From Candidatus Woesearchaeota archaeon (GTDB lineage Archaea; Nanobdellota; Nanobdellia; Woesearchaeales; ARS49): a stretch of DNA of 64,000 bases. Both the position numbers and the translations under genes were made by a program. Under the pieces are notes generated by a model. That model was not told the origin of the DNA. It saw only the letters and a program-made list of their open reading frames with translations, and did not search any database. This document shows, piece after piece, positions 29,585 to 38,333 of the stretch. The DNA lies in NCBI GenBank assembly GCA_014729505.1, contig WJJS01000013.1:8457-72456 (forward strand), given 5' to 3'. Numbering within the stretch: the first letter of the stretch is position 1; every line of letters starts with the position of its first letter.

Positions 29585-30307
29585 CTAATCTTCAGTGAGC
29601 CTGCGACCTTTAAATACTTTTCTGTTCGATGAAAAAACACGTTCCCTTCCCGACGAGACAACATCGATCAGACCCTCTTTGACCAATTCTTCGAGCAAGC
29701 GATAAAACGAACTCCTACTGCACAATTTCTGTTCATCAACTACAATCTCGCGCAAACTCGTACCGGAAATGCGCTCGTACTTTGCGAGCAACGATAACAG
29801 TGTTTTTTTTATGTACTCCTTGCTCTTTCGCGAAACGTTTTGAACAATCTTTTGCTGCAGATTACTCGTACGAGGACGTTCGCTCACTTTTGGCACCTCA
29901 ACAGGCACGATTTTAGGTCTGCGCGCCTCTTCAAGCAAGGTCTCCATACGCGCCATGCGCCTCTCGAATGCCTCAATACGCTCCAGTTGGCGATCAACAG
30001 GATACTCACTACGCAGAATATGTATCACTTCTGCGCGACCCAGAGAGTCCCGTTGAGCCTTGACCACCCTATTAATAGTACTTCGATGAGCATTGTTTTG
30101 CTCACGTAAGTACTGCACCCATCGAAACAAGTTCTGATTATCCTTTTTTGCCTGGGCCAATTCCTTTTGCACCCCATCCATATCTGTGCGAACTTTGGCA
30201 AACGAAGACTTCACTTGAGCGTGCAAGTCATCCACTTTTTTTTGCGTCTTCCAAAAGACCATCGAGTAATAAGAAGTGGCAGTGCTATAAAATTGTTTCG
30301 AACACAA
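29585..30307 (-). CDS. coiled-coil plus winged-HTH regulator
   Basis: N-terminal coiled coil; C-terminal wHTH (ISGTSLREIVVDEQKLCSRSSFYRLLEELVKEGLI); the palindromic element lies immediately upstream. Confidence 0.55.
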   Translation of the reverse strand: MCSKQFYSTATSYYSMVFWKTQKKVDDLHAQVKSSFAKVRTDMDGVQKELAQAKKDNQNLFRWVQYLREQNNAHRSTINRVVKAQRDSLGRAEVIHILRSEYPVDRQLERIEAFERRMARMETLLEEARRPKIVPVEVPKVSERPRTSNLQQKIVQNVSRKSKEYIKKTLLSLLAKYERISGTSLREIVVDEQKLCSRSSFYRLLEELVKEGLIDVVSSGRERVFSSNRKVFKGRRLTED

Positions 30308-30312
30308 AAAAA

Positions 30313-30526
30313 CCCAGTCCCAGTCCTAAAATAGGACTGAGACAGTCCTATAATGAGACTGAGGCGGGACTGAGACTGAGATCGAGAGACCGCCGCACAA
30401 CAGAACTAGAATCTATTTCCCGTCGTGAACGGTAATTTCCATCCAAAAATCACGTAACAAGAGAGACGCGAGTGAGACAGTCCCAAGACAATCCCAGGAC
30501 AGTCCTAGGACTGAGACTGGGACTAA
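30313..30526. repeat. MITE-like element: about 215 bp bounded by imperfect about 30-bp inverted repeats containing perfect palindromes
   Basis: Left end cccagtcccagtcctaaaataggactgagac; right end gtcctaggactgagactgggact, its near reverse complement. Perfect palindromes cagtcctaaaataggactg (30321-30339) and cagtcctaggactg (30500-30513). Motif ggactgagac repeated three times. Confidence 0.6.
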
Positions 30527-30570
30527 GAAAAATGCAAGAAATTATATAAGAAAATAATATCCTTAAGCAC

Positions 30571-31257
30571 ATGCTTGCAGGAATTACTCCAAAAACACTC
30601 GCCATAGCATTGTCCAAATTACAAGGATTCTCTGATCCAAAAGTTTCAGTAGAACAGTACTGCACAGATCCCACTATCGCAGCAGAAGTGATATATCGGG
30701 CAAGCACATTGGGAGATGTCGCAGAACGAGTCATTACTGATCTTGGAGCAGGAACAGGACTACTCGGACTTGGATGTGCACTAGCAGGAGCCAAGGAAGT
30801 GAGTCTTGTAGAACAAGACCGAGAAGCCCTAGAAATCGCCGCACAAAATGTCCTACAGGTCAAAGAATGGATGAACAGTGAGAAACACCACCCAGTACAG
30901 ATCCACACTATCTGCGCCAATATCACAGAATTCACAGGTAAAAGTGAGACTATCATTATGAATCCGCCATTTGGGACAAAACAGAAACATGCGGACAGAC
31001 CTTTTTTTCTCAAAGCATTCGAGCTGGCACCCGTGATTTACGTGTTTGCAAAGAGCTCCACGCGTGAATTCGTGCGAAAAGTGAGTCTTGATCACGGATA
31101 TTTGATGAGCCACAAGTGGCGCTATACGCGATTTCCCCTTCCCCGCAGTTACGGATTCCACAAAAAACCGCGAGCATGGACCGATGTGACCGTGTTTCGG
31201 TTAGAAAGTGAGTCATGTGCTCAAAAACGTAAGGCAAACCGCAAGGACAAATCATAA
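30571..31257 (+). CDS. SAM-dependent N6-adenine RNA methyltransferase (METTL5/COG2263-like)
   Basis: Motif I DLGAGTGLLGLG and motif IV NPPFG. Confidence 0.8.
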   Translation: MLAGITPKTLAIALSKLQGFSDPKVSVEQYCTDPTIAAEVIYRASTLGDVAERVITDLGAGTGLLGLGCALAGAKEVSLVEQDREALEIAAQNVLQVKEWMNSEKHHPVQIHTICANITEFTGKSETIIMNPPFGTKQKHADRPFFLKAFELAPVIYVFAKSSTREFVRKVSLDHGYLMSHKWRYTRFPLPRSYGFHKKPRAWTDVTVFRLESESCAQKRKANRKDKS

Positions 31258-31267
31258 CTGCGAAAGA

Positions 31268-31275
31268 TATATAAA
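31268..31275 (+). promoter_or_regulatory. archaeal TATA box for rpoL
   Basis: tatataaa centred about 27 bp upstream of the ATG at 31298, implying a leaderless transcript. Confidence 0.5.
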
Positions 31276-31297
31276 GAGGTGCTTCGGCAAGGAATGC

Positions 31298-31570
31298 ATG
31301 GAAGTGCAGGTAAAAGAAGAAAAAAAAGGACATCTTCACGTCGACATCGTCGACAGTCCAATCATCGCCATGAACATGCTCAAGCAGGAATTATGGCAAA
31401 ACAACCACGTCAAAGCAACAGGGACTAATATCGATCACCCACTTCTCAACAAACAAACCTTTGTTCTTGATACAGACGGCGCAGAACCGCGCAAAGTCAT
31501 CGCTTCTGCAGTGAAAAAACTACACAAAGAACTCGACAAAGCAGCCGAAAGCCTTAAATCAGTACGATAA
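31298..31570 (+). CDS. rpoL: DNA-directed RNA polymerase subunit L (Rpo11)
   Basis: GHLHVDIVDSP...NIDHPLLNKQTFVLDT...ASAVKKLHKELDK matches Rpo11/Rpb11. Start at MEVQV; the ORF opens at 31208 inside the previous gene. Confidence 0.8.
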   Translation: MEVQVKEEKKGHLHVDIVDSPIIAMNMLKQELWQNNHVKATGTNIDHPLLNKQTFVLDTDGAEPRKVIASAVKKLHKELDKAAESLKSVR

Positions 31571-31591
31571 ACACTCCCTAACTAGTGCCTA

Positions 31592-32098
31592 ATGGGATTT
31601 ATACGCTGCAAAATAATAGGTAAAGGAACATACGCCTACCTCGTAGAAAACCAGTGGACAAGCAAAGGAAGCCGACAAAAAATACAAGGATATCTTGGCA
31701 AAGTGATCGCACTCACCCCTTGTGCAAGCGCCACGTATGTACCGTCAAAAGAGTATGGCGCACTAGTACACCATCTCATAGAACAAGAACTGATAAAACA
31801 CGGTTTTACACAAGAAGGAACAACCTGGCGCCATCAAGATATTATCGTCGATATTGAACAAGAAAGTGTACGGGAGGGCACGCGCGCAGTCGTCCTAGCA
31901 CTCAACGACGGATATCTCTGCACGCACACACTGCGAGAAATCCACACCTACACTCCGCACTTGGACAACTTTGAAGAAGAACTCGCCACGCGCATCATTG
32001 CAACAGGTATCGCAATGCCCCCGTCATTTTTTATCCACCTCTATGAAGCGGCAAAACATTTAAAAACGAATACGCAGCCAACGAAAAGCAATGGTTAA
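31592..32098 (+). CDS. hypothetical protein
   Basis: 168-aa ORF between rpoL and uppS, same strand, tightly packed; no recognisable motif. Confidence 0.45.
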   Translation: MGFIRCKIIGKGTYAYLVENQWTSKGSRQKIQGYLGKVIALTPCASATYVPSKEYGALVHHLIEQELIKHGFTQEGTTWRHQDIIVDIEQESVREGTRAVVLALNDGYLCTHTLREIHTYTPHLDNFEEELATRIIATGIAMPPSFFIHLYEAAKHLKTNTQPTKSNG

Positions 32099-32783
32099 AC
32101 ATCTCGGCGTCATTCTTGATGGCAACAGACGGTTTGCTCGACGACTCATGATGCAACCGTGGAAAGGACATGAATGGGGGGCAAAAAAAGTACGCCAGCT
32201 CATGGAATGGTCTCAAGAACTTGGCGTTAAGGAACTCACACTCTTTGCTTTTTCTATGCAGAACTTTAACAGACCACAAAAAGAATTCGATTATCTCATG
32301 AAAGTCTTTAGCACAGAATTCGACAACCTACAACAAAAAGACAACCTGCAACAATTACAGGAAAAAGGCATACGCATACGATTCATCGGCCGCACACACC
32401 TCTTTCCTCAAGACATCCATGAGAAAATGAAACAATTAGAAGAAAAAACAAAAGATAACAACAACTACCGCGTCAATTTTGCAATGGCCTACGGCGGACA
32501 AGAAGAAATACTGGATGCCATAAGCGCAATGGCAGACAAAATACGCACAGGAGACATCAAAGAAATCACCAAAGACCTCTTTGAACAACACCTCTACATG
32601 TCCAGCGAACCAGACCTCATCATACGCACAGGAGGCGACAAACGCACAAGCAACTTCCTCACATGGCAAAGCTGGTACTCAGAATGGCTCTTCTTAGACA
32701 AGTTCTGGCCAGAATTCGAACGCGAAGACCTCGTTAGAGCAGTCAATGATTTTAACGAGCGCGAAAGAAGATTCGGAAAATAA
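32091..32783 (+). CDS. uppS: cis-prenyltransferase (undecaprenyl/dehydrodolichyl diphosphate synthase)
   Basis: ILDGNRRFA (DGN), FAFSMQNFNRP, IRTGGDKRTSNFLTWQ, C-terminal ERERRFGK (RxG). Confidence 0.9.
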   Translation: MVKHLGVILDGNRRFARRLMMQPWKGHEWGAKKVRQLMEWSQELGVKELTLFAFSMQNFNRPQKEFDYLMKVFSTEFDNLQQKDNLQQLQEKGIRIRFIGRTHLFPQDIHEKMKQLEEKTKDNNNYRVNFAMAYGGQEEILDAISAMADKIRTGDIKEITKDLFEQHLYMSSEPDLIIRTGGDKRTSNFLTWQSWYSEWLFLDKFWPEFEREDLVRAVNDFNERERRFGK

Positions 32784-33770
32784 TCATCTAGACAATTCTA
32801 CACGAAAACGGCGAGGGCCAAGACAATACACTCCCACCTCGGGCCAAGCCTCTAACTGCTTACGAGCAATCATCGCCACAAGGGGCAGCGAGCAATTTCT
32901 GGCATCAGCAAGTTCAGCATAATGCTGTTTAGCACGCATCACCACATTACGACGAACCTCACTACTCACTTCACGCGTACTACGCACCTGTCTATCATAC
33001 CCGCGCACCTCCTTGAGCAGTGTGAGAAATGCAGTAGGATACAACGGTCCTGGAAATTGTTCATGCGTAATAGTCAGATCACCCATGCGATACCCAAGAC
33101 ACACATCTTCGACATGCTGATACTCATGATCAACAATCGTACTCAAGAGATCGCGAGGATGACGAAAAACAGGCGCAGGATGATCAGATTCAGTAAACAT
33201 ACAATCCCCCACAAAAATCGGTGCACACAGTACACAACCCACCACTGATATCGGCATCACCACCGACGCCAAAGGATCGCCGGAAAACGCCTGCGGATCA
33301 AACACATAACGGTCAACAAGACTTTTCAAATACTCTTGAACGTTCCGGTATCCAGGATCATACACTATACGAGAACACAAAGAAAACGGATTCTCATCCA
33401 AAATACGATCAAGAAAGACCTGGCGCAATGCAGGATCCTTTCTTGCCATCGCATAGGCAGTATCCAAAGAGTCATGACACACCCAATACTTGTCAGACCA
33501 GCGACTAGCCCTAGACCATCCAAAAGGCAAAACACATGCCACAGTTGCAAGACCAGAACCGATCAGCCATTGTCGTCTGCTGATACCCACTGATTTCGCG
33601 GAGCATTTTGGCGATCGTCCAATTCCTGCCGCTACATGATTTGGAGGACGACGTTTTTTTCTACGCGAGGATCCCATGAGCAATTCCCCAACACATGTCC
33701 TTAAAAGGCTTTGTTCGAACACACCAAAACCTTTATAAAAGACCTCCAGTCTTGCAGGAATATCCCGCAC
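32784..33770 (-). CDS. hypothetical Tat-signal secreted protein (GC-rich)
   Basis: Twin-arginine-like signal SRRQWLIGSGLATVACV; HEYQH possible metal site; GC about 58% unlike the flanks. The start may be the internal MGSSRR. Confidence 0.5.
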   Translation of the reverse strand: MRDIPARLEVFYKGFGVFEQSLLRTCVGELLMGSSRRKKRRPPNHVAAGIGRSPKCSAKSVGISRRQWLIGSGLATVACVLPFGWSRASRWSDKYWVCHDSLDTAYAMARKDPALRQVFLDRILDENPFSLCSRIVYDPGYRNVQEYLKSLVDRYVFDPQAFSGDPLASVVMPISVVGCVLCAPIFVGDCMFTESDHPAPVFRHPRDLLSTIVDHEYQHVEDVCLGYRMGDLTITHEQFPGPLYPTAFLTLLKEVRGYDRQVRSTREVSSEVRRNVVMRAKQHYAELADARNCSLPLVAMIARKQLEAWPEVGVYCLGPRRFRVELSR

Positions 33771-33793
33771 GGACTACGTCGGTAGGAGGGTAC

Positions 33794-34450
33794 ATGGACA
33801 AACAACAAGTATTACACACACTGCAAAAAGCGCAGGAAGCTTCTAAGAAACGAAAGTTTGAACAAACTGTCGACCTCGTCATTAACCTACGCGACATCAA
33901 TGTCAAACGCACAAACGAACGAGTGAACCTGTTTATAGACCTGCCACACCCACACGGCAAAACAGTGCGCGTCTGCGGATTAGTTGACGCACAACTTGCA
34001 CAGGCAGCAAAACAACACTTTGATACGACAGTTCAAAAAGAAGAATTCGACGCCCTACAAGCAGACACAAAAAGACTCAAAAAGCTCGCCTCAAATCACG
34101 ATTACTTTGTTGCACAGGCAACAATCATGCCACTGGTTGCCAGATCCATGGGAGCAGTGCTTGGAAAAAAAGGAAAAACACCAAACCCAAAAGCAGGCTG
34201 CGTGGTACCACCAACAGCAGACCTGGCCGCAGTGAAAAAACGACTCGAAAAACTAGTCAAAGCAGAAGCAAAAACCGAAGCAAGCATCAAGTGCCCAGTG
34301 GGCAAAGAATCAATGGACAAAGAAAAAATCGCAGAAAACGTCATGGCCGTCTATAACAGCGTCAAAACAGCATTACCACAAGAAGAACACAATATCAAAA
34401 ACGTCATGCTAAAACTTACCATGGGCCCGGTAATAAAGGTGGAAAAATGA
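33794..34450 (+). CDS. rpl1: ribosomal protein L1
   Basis: VDLVINLRDINVKRTNERVNLFIDLPHP...; GGAGGG Shine-Dalgarno 5-10 bp upstream of the ATG at 33794. Confidence 0.9.
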   Translation: MDKQQVLHTLQKAQEASKKRKFEQTVDLVINLRDINVKRTNERVNLFIDLPHPHGKTVRVCGLVDAQLAQAAKQHFDTTVQKEEFDALQADTKRLKKLASNHDYFVAQATIMPLVARSMGAVLGKKGKTPNPKAGCVVPPTADLAAVKKRLEKLVKAEAKTEASIKCPVGKESMDKEKIAENVMAVYNSVKTALPQEEHNIKNVMLKLTMGPVIKVEK

Positions 34451-35289
34451 AACCAAAACCACATATCAACCCGGAAAAAGTAGAACAACTCAATAAGGCA
34501 CTGACACTTATCAACAACAACCCAATCATAGGAGTTGTCAACATGCAAAACCTACCTGCAAGACAACTGCAAATCATGAAAGAGCAATTACGTGACAAAG
34601 TAACACTTTTTATGACAAAACGACGACTCCTTCGCATCGCCTTTCAAAAAAGCGACAAAAAAGGACTAGACGCATTAGAAGACTACCTGCAAGGCATGCC
34701 TGCACTACTCGTAACAAAAGACAATCCCTTTACACTATACAAAGCAATCAAGAAAAATAAATCACCTGCACCTGCAAAAGCAGGACAAGTCGCGACAAAA
34801 GACATTATCGTAAAAGCAGGACCCACACCATTTGCTCCAGGACCCATCATCGGAGAACTAGGATCCATAGGTCTCAAAGCAGGAATCGACGGTGGCAAAG
34901 TAGCAATCAAAGAAGACAAAGTAGTGTGCAAAGAAGGAGAAGTCATCAGCGAAGAACTCGCAAGCATATTGACGCGACTCGATATTAATCCTATGGAAAT
35001 AGGACTGGACCTGCTTGGTGTTTACGAAAACGGCACACTCTATCCAAAGAAATTACTCGATATTGATGAGGAAGAATTCCTCGATGACTTGAAAAGAGCA
35101 GGAGCTAACGCTCTGGCACTCGCCATGGAGACAGGCATACCAACAACAGAGACAACCCAGGCACTCCTCGTCAAAGCAGCAAGAGAAAGCATGGCCTTAG
35201 CAAGCAGCCAGGACATCCTCACAAAGGATACTGTAGGAACAATGCTTGCAAAAGCACAATCACAAGCAAATATACTCAAGAAAGAATAA
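34447..35289 (+). CDS. rplP0: ribosomal protein P0 (L10)
   Basis: Family-typical N-terminal domain (GVVNMQNLPARQLQIMKEQLR...) and start/stop overlap with rpl1. Confidence 0.9.
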   Translation: MKPKPHINPEKVEQLNKALTLINNNPIIGVVNMQNLPARQLQIMKEQLRDKVTLFMTKRRLLRIAFQKSDKKGLDALEDYLQGMPALLVTKDNPFTLYKAIKKNKSPAPAKAGQVATKDIIVKAGPTPFAPGPIIGELGSIGLKAGIDGGKVAIKEDKVVCKEGEVISEELASILTRLDINPMEIGLDLLGVYENGTLYPKKLLDIDEEEFLDDLKRAGANALALAMETGIPTTETTQALLVKAARESMALASSQDILTKDTVGTMLAKAQSQANILKKE

Positions 35290-35302
35290 GCGGAGGAACA
35301 TC

Positions 35303-35608
35303 ATGGAATATATATACGCAGCAATGCTGATCCACAAAGCAGGAAAAAAGGTTGATGAAGCAACCTTGAAAAAAGTACTTGAAGCAGCAGGAGTCACCGT
35401 TGATGACGCAAAAGTAAAGGTAGTCATCGCAAGTCTTGACGGCGTAGACATTGATGAAGCAATCAAAAACGCAGCCGTAGCAGCACCAGCTGCAGCACCT
35501 GCTAGCGAGACAGCAGAAAAAACCGAAGCAAAGAAGGAGGAAAAGAAAGAAGATACCAAGAAAGCTGAAGAAAGCTCAGCTGCGGGACTCTCATCCCTCT
35601 TTGGTTAA
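35303..35608 (+). CDS. rpl12: ribosomal stalk protein P1 (L12)
   Basis: MEYIYAAMLIHKAGKK... with Ala/Pro-rich hinge and acidic tail ending GLSSLFG; GGAGG SD at 35293. Confidence 0.85.
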   Translation: MEYIYAAMLIHKAGKKVDEATLKKVLEAAGVTVDDAKVKVVIASLDGVDIDEAIKNAAVAAPAAAPASETAEKTEAKKEEKKEDTKKAEESSAAGLSSLFG

Positions 35609-35632
35609 TTTTTTTCCTTTCTTCTTCATTAC

Positions 35633-36463
35633 ATGGACAAGAACATAAAAAACGAAATACAAGAACTGCGAAACCAGCTTACAGAACTCAATGAGCAAAA
35701 GCAAGCAGGATTTGCTACAAAAGATCCTATTAGACAACAAATTCTCGATGGTATCGCAAGCATAAAACAATGGCGAGCAGATCGCAACATACTCACTGAA
35801 GAAGTAAAAAAACTCAAAGAACAGCGAGGAGAACTCAATGAAAAAGTAGCTCCACTAGCAAAAGAACTGCGAGAATTAAACAATCAAAAAAAGACATTAC
35901 AACAAAAACTTGGCCTGCGTCACGATCCAGTACAACTCTCAACACAAATTGCGCGTATCAACCAACGAATAGAAACAGAAGTACTCTCATTTGACAAAGA
36001 ACAACAACTCATGAAACAAGTCAAAGAGTTGGAAAAAAAATTCAGCGAAGCAAAAGGGACACGAGAACTCTTTGAAAAAATATCGACAAGAGCTGGTGAA
36101 CTAAAAGTTCTGCGACAAGAAGCTGACAAAATACACGCCATCATCCAAGACAAAGCTTCACAAAGCCAGGCATTACACAAAAAAATACTCAGTAAGAGCA
36201 AAGCGCTCGACCTATTGCGAGAACAAGAACAAGAACAACGAGAAAAAATAGGAGAAATAAAAGAACAAATAAAACCAGTAGCCGCCCAACTCGAAGAAAA
36301 ACTCGGAGAAATAAGCAAGCACCAACAACAAAAGAAATCACATACAAAAGAACGAACACAAAAAAGACTGGCACAAAAACAAAAAGAAGTGCAAGAAAAA
36401 CTGTCACGAGGAGAAAAACTCACGACAGAGGATTTAATGATTCTACAAAGTATGGATGATTAG
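35633..36463 (+). CDS. archaeal coiled-coil protein (COG1340-like)
   Basis: 276 aa, almost entirely heptad coiled coil, sitting after the stalk proteins as COG1340 commonly does in archaea. Confidence 0.55.
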   Translation: MDKNIKNEIQELRNQLTELNEQKQAGFATKDPIRQQILDGIASIKQWRADRNILTEEVKKLKEQRGELNEKVAPLAKELRELNNQKKTLQQKLGLRHDPVQLSTQIARINQRIETEVLSFDKEQQLMKQVKELEKKFSEAKGTRELFEKISTRAGELKVLRQEADKIHAIIQDKASQSQALHKKILSKSKALDLLREQEQEQREKIGEIKEQIKPVAAQLEEKLGEISKHQQQKKSHTKERTQKRLAQKQKEVQEKLSRGEKLTTEDLMILQSMDD

Positions 36464-36711
36464 GCTCCCACAGAGATAGTTTTAGTTATAAAAAAACTGT
36501 CGGACCTTTCAATGAAAAGAAGCAATTGATTATTTGCCTGTTTTTCACTGCTTACAGACAGTCCCTTAATAATGCAAATTTCCTGCAAAGTGTATCGCAG
36601 CGATACCACTTATCGCCTTTGGATCATTTGTACAAGTATAGTTCCTGCTTTCTCCCATCACTCTTTAGAACTCTCTTGCACAATACTTGCGAAAATAATT
36701 CTGGAACTATA

Positions 36712-36894
36712 CTAGTTAAACTCACAATAGTGACACTTACCACAGGTAGAACGATTCTTATGTGTTGCCATAAACGTACCAGCACCACACTTTGGACAAC
36801 TCTTCTTCTCACGCTTTAACGCATCGCCTTCCTTCTTGTAATACTCGTGCACCTTGATCGGCTTACTCGGTTTCTTTTCTTTTTTCTTTGCCAT
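36712..36894 (-). CDS. rps27ae: ribosomal protein S27a (eS31)
   Basis: CPKCGAGTFMATHKNRSTCGKCHY zinc ribbon with basic N-terminus. Confidence 0.85.
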   Translation of the reverse strand: MAKKKEKKPSKPIKVHEYYKKEGDALKREKKSCPKCGAGTFMATHKNRSTCGKCHYCEFN

Positions 36895-37163
36895 TATTTC
36901 TTTTTCGTCTTCACTGGAGGTTCTACTACTTTTTGAGCTTCAGCAGATTCATAGACAAAAGCTGTTACCTTAGCACGATTACCACCAAAAGCAGTATAAA
37001 TACTTTTTACCACCGTTTGTTCTTTTGAACCATTTACTTTAGCAGCGATAGCTTCTTGAACCTGCGCATTAGAAGGCGTGGTACCGGTATACTTCAAAGT
37101 GGCCTTTATTTCCTTTCGCCCAAGCAACACATTATCAACAGTATTCGTTATATCGAGTTCCAT
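36894..37163 (-). CDS. rps24e: ribosomal protein S24e
   Basis: NVLLGRKEIKATLKYTGTTPSNAQVQEAIAAK...VVKSIYTAFGGNRAKVTAFVYES matches S24e. Confidence 0.85.
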   Translation of the reverse strand: MELDITNTVDNVLLGRKEIKATLKYTGTTPSNAQVQEAIAAKVNGSKEQTVVKSIYTAFGGNRAKVTAFVYESAEAQKVVEPPVKTKKK

Positions 37164-37348
37164 TATACTACCTTAATTGCGAATTCGCCGTCAGCCTCCA
37201 AACCCATTTTGTCAGCAACGCGACTCTCCTTGTGATTAAGAACAATAATACGCCCTTTCCAATTAGGAACAAACTGCGCCCCTTTACATAAAGGACAAGT
37301 ATCACCCGTCACCAGAATTTTGCAAAGTTTACATGCGAGCTTTTTCAT
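37163..37348 (-). CDS. spt4: transcription elongation factor Spt4 / RNAP subunit E''
   Basis: CxxC...CxxC zinc ribbon (ACKLCKILVTGDTCPLCKG) plus ...KGRIIVLNHKESRVADKMGL; sits downstream of rpoE' as is typical. Confidence 0.8.
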   Translation of the reverse strand: MKKLACKLCKILVTGDTCPLCKGAQFVPNWKGRIIVLNHKESRVADKMGLEADGEFAIKVV

Positions 37349-37884
37349 TTCTTTTCCTCTTCAGCAAGCCATTCAATTTTACCAAGACCAGCTTGGCGCA
37401 TCGTCAATCCAATCTTAGGATTTGAGAGATCCTTAAAACTTACTGCAACACAACGCGCACGACACACATCACCAACCTTTAAGACACGCTTTGAATCACG
37501 ACCTGTTAAGACCTTCTCTTTTGAAAAAGAGACAAAATCGTCCATTGTCTGAGAGATGTGAATCATACCCTCAATAGGGCCTAACGTAATAAACGCTCCA
37601 AAGTCAGTAATATCCTTAATCTTACCGACACAAACCTCTTGCAATTCAGGACGAAACACTATGGCACTAAACACCGTTTCAAAATAACTGGCCCCGTCAC
37701 CAGGAATAATTTTTCCCTGACCAACTTCGTTAATATCATCAATCTCCACAACAATACCAAGATTTTGGTCGATACGACCCTCATATTTTTGGCGGATACT
37801 CTTCGCCACAGATTCCTTACGATCATCGCCAAAATAGATTGGCGGTACTCTGATGTGATCCTTTATCTCAACACGATAGAACAT
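37345..37884 (-). CDS. rpoE: DNA-directed RNA polymerase subunit E' (Rpo7)
   Basis: N-terminal MFYRVEIKDHIRVPP... and C-terminal S1 domain (GMIHISQTMDDFVSF...GDVCRARCVAVSF). Confidence 0.9.
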   Translation of the reverse strand: MFYRVEIKDHIRVPPIYFGDDRKESVAKSIRQKYEGRIDQNLGIVVEIDDINEVGQGKIIPGDGASYFETVFSAIVFRPELQEVCVGKIKDITDFGAFITLGPIEGMIHISQTMDDFVSFSKEKVLTGRDSKRVLKVGDVCRARCVAVSFKDLSNPKIGLTMRQAGLGKIEWLAEEEKK

Positions 37885-37946
37885 ATACCGGATTTTGAAC
37901 AGACTTATTTATAAAGCTTTCTGTTGATAACCGCCACCATATCCGT

Positions 37947-38333
37947 TTAGGGCAGGACAAGCTGTGCATACTTTCGCTGACGCAAAATAATGACAGGACA
38001 CGGCAGAGCAAGCACACGCTTTTTGAGCAGCGTATCATGCGTCGCCACTATCACGCCTTTATGATGCGAAGCATAGTCGACAATCAAATCGTCGACAAGA
38101 CCCTCCTCTTTAGGCACAAGAACAGACATCTTCTTTAAAAACAGTCGCGCCACCCGCACAGCAGTCTTCATCTTGCCACCACCAGGCTCTACTGCATCAA
38201 GTTCCTGAGCAGTACCTTTTATCACACAAAATTCGACATTGCTATCAACAACCTTTTGGACTTGATCGAAAATATCAATACCATATTCTGCGCATTTGAT
38301 CAAAAAACTAGTATCAATGAGAACTTTTACCAT
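37947..38333 (-). CDS. PIN-domain nuclease (Fcf1-like, COG1412)
   Basis: VLIDTSFLI (first PIN Asp), ..ATHDTLLKKR..; sits beside rpoE'/spt4 as COG1412 typically does. Confidence 0.7.
   Translation of the reverse strand: MVKVLIDTSFLIKCAEYGIDIFDQVQKVVDSNVEFCVIKGTAQELDAVEPGGGKMKTAVRVARLFLKKMSVLVPKEEGLVDDLIVDYASHHKGVIVATHDTLLKKRVLALPCPVIILRQRKYAQLVLP

Noticed and set aside
36464-36711. 248-bp non-coding gap between the COG1340 gene and rps27ae checked for tRNA/ncRNA
   Set aside because: Only a short palindrome (tatcgcagcgata) and oligo-T stretches consistent with convergent terminators; no tRNA-like acceptor/T-arm pairing.
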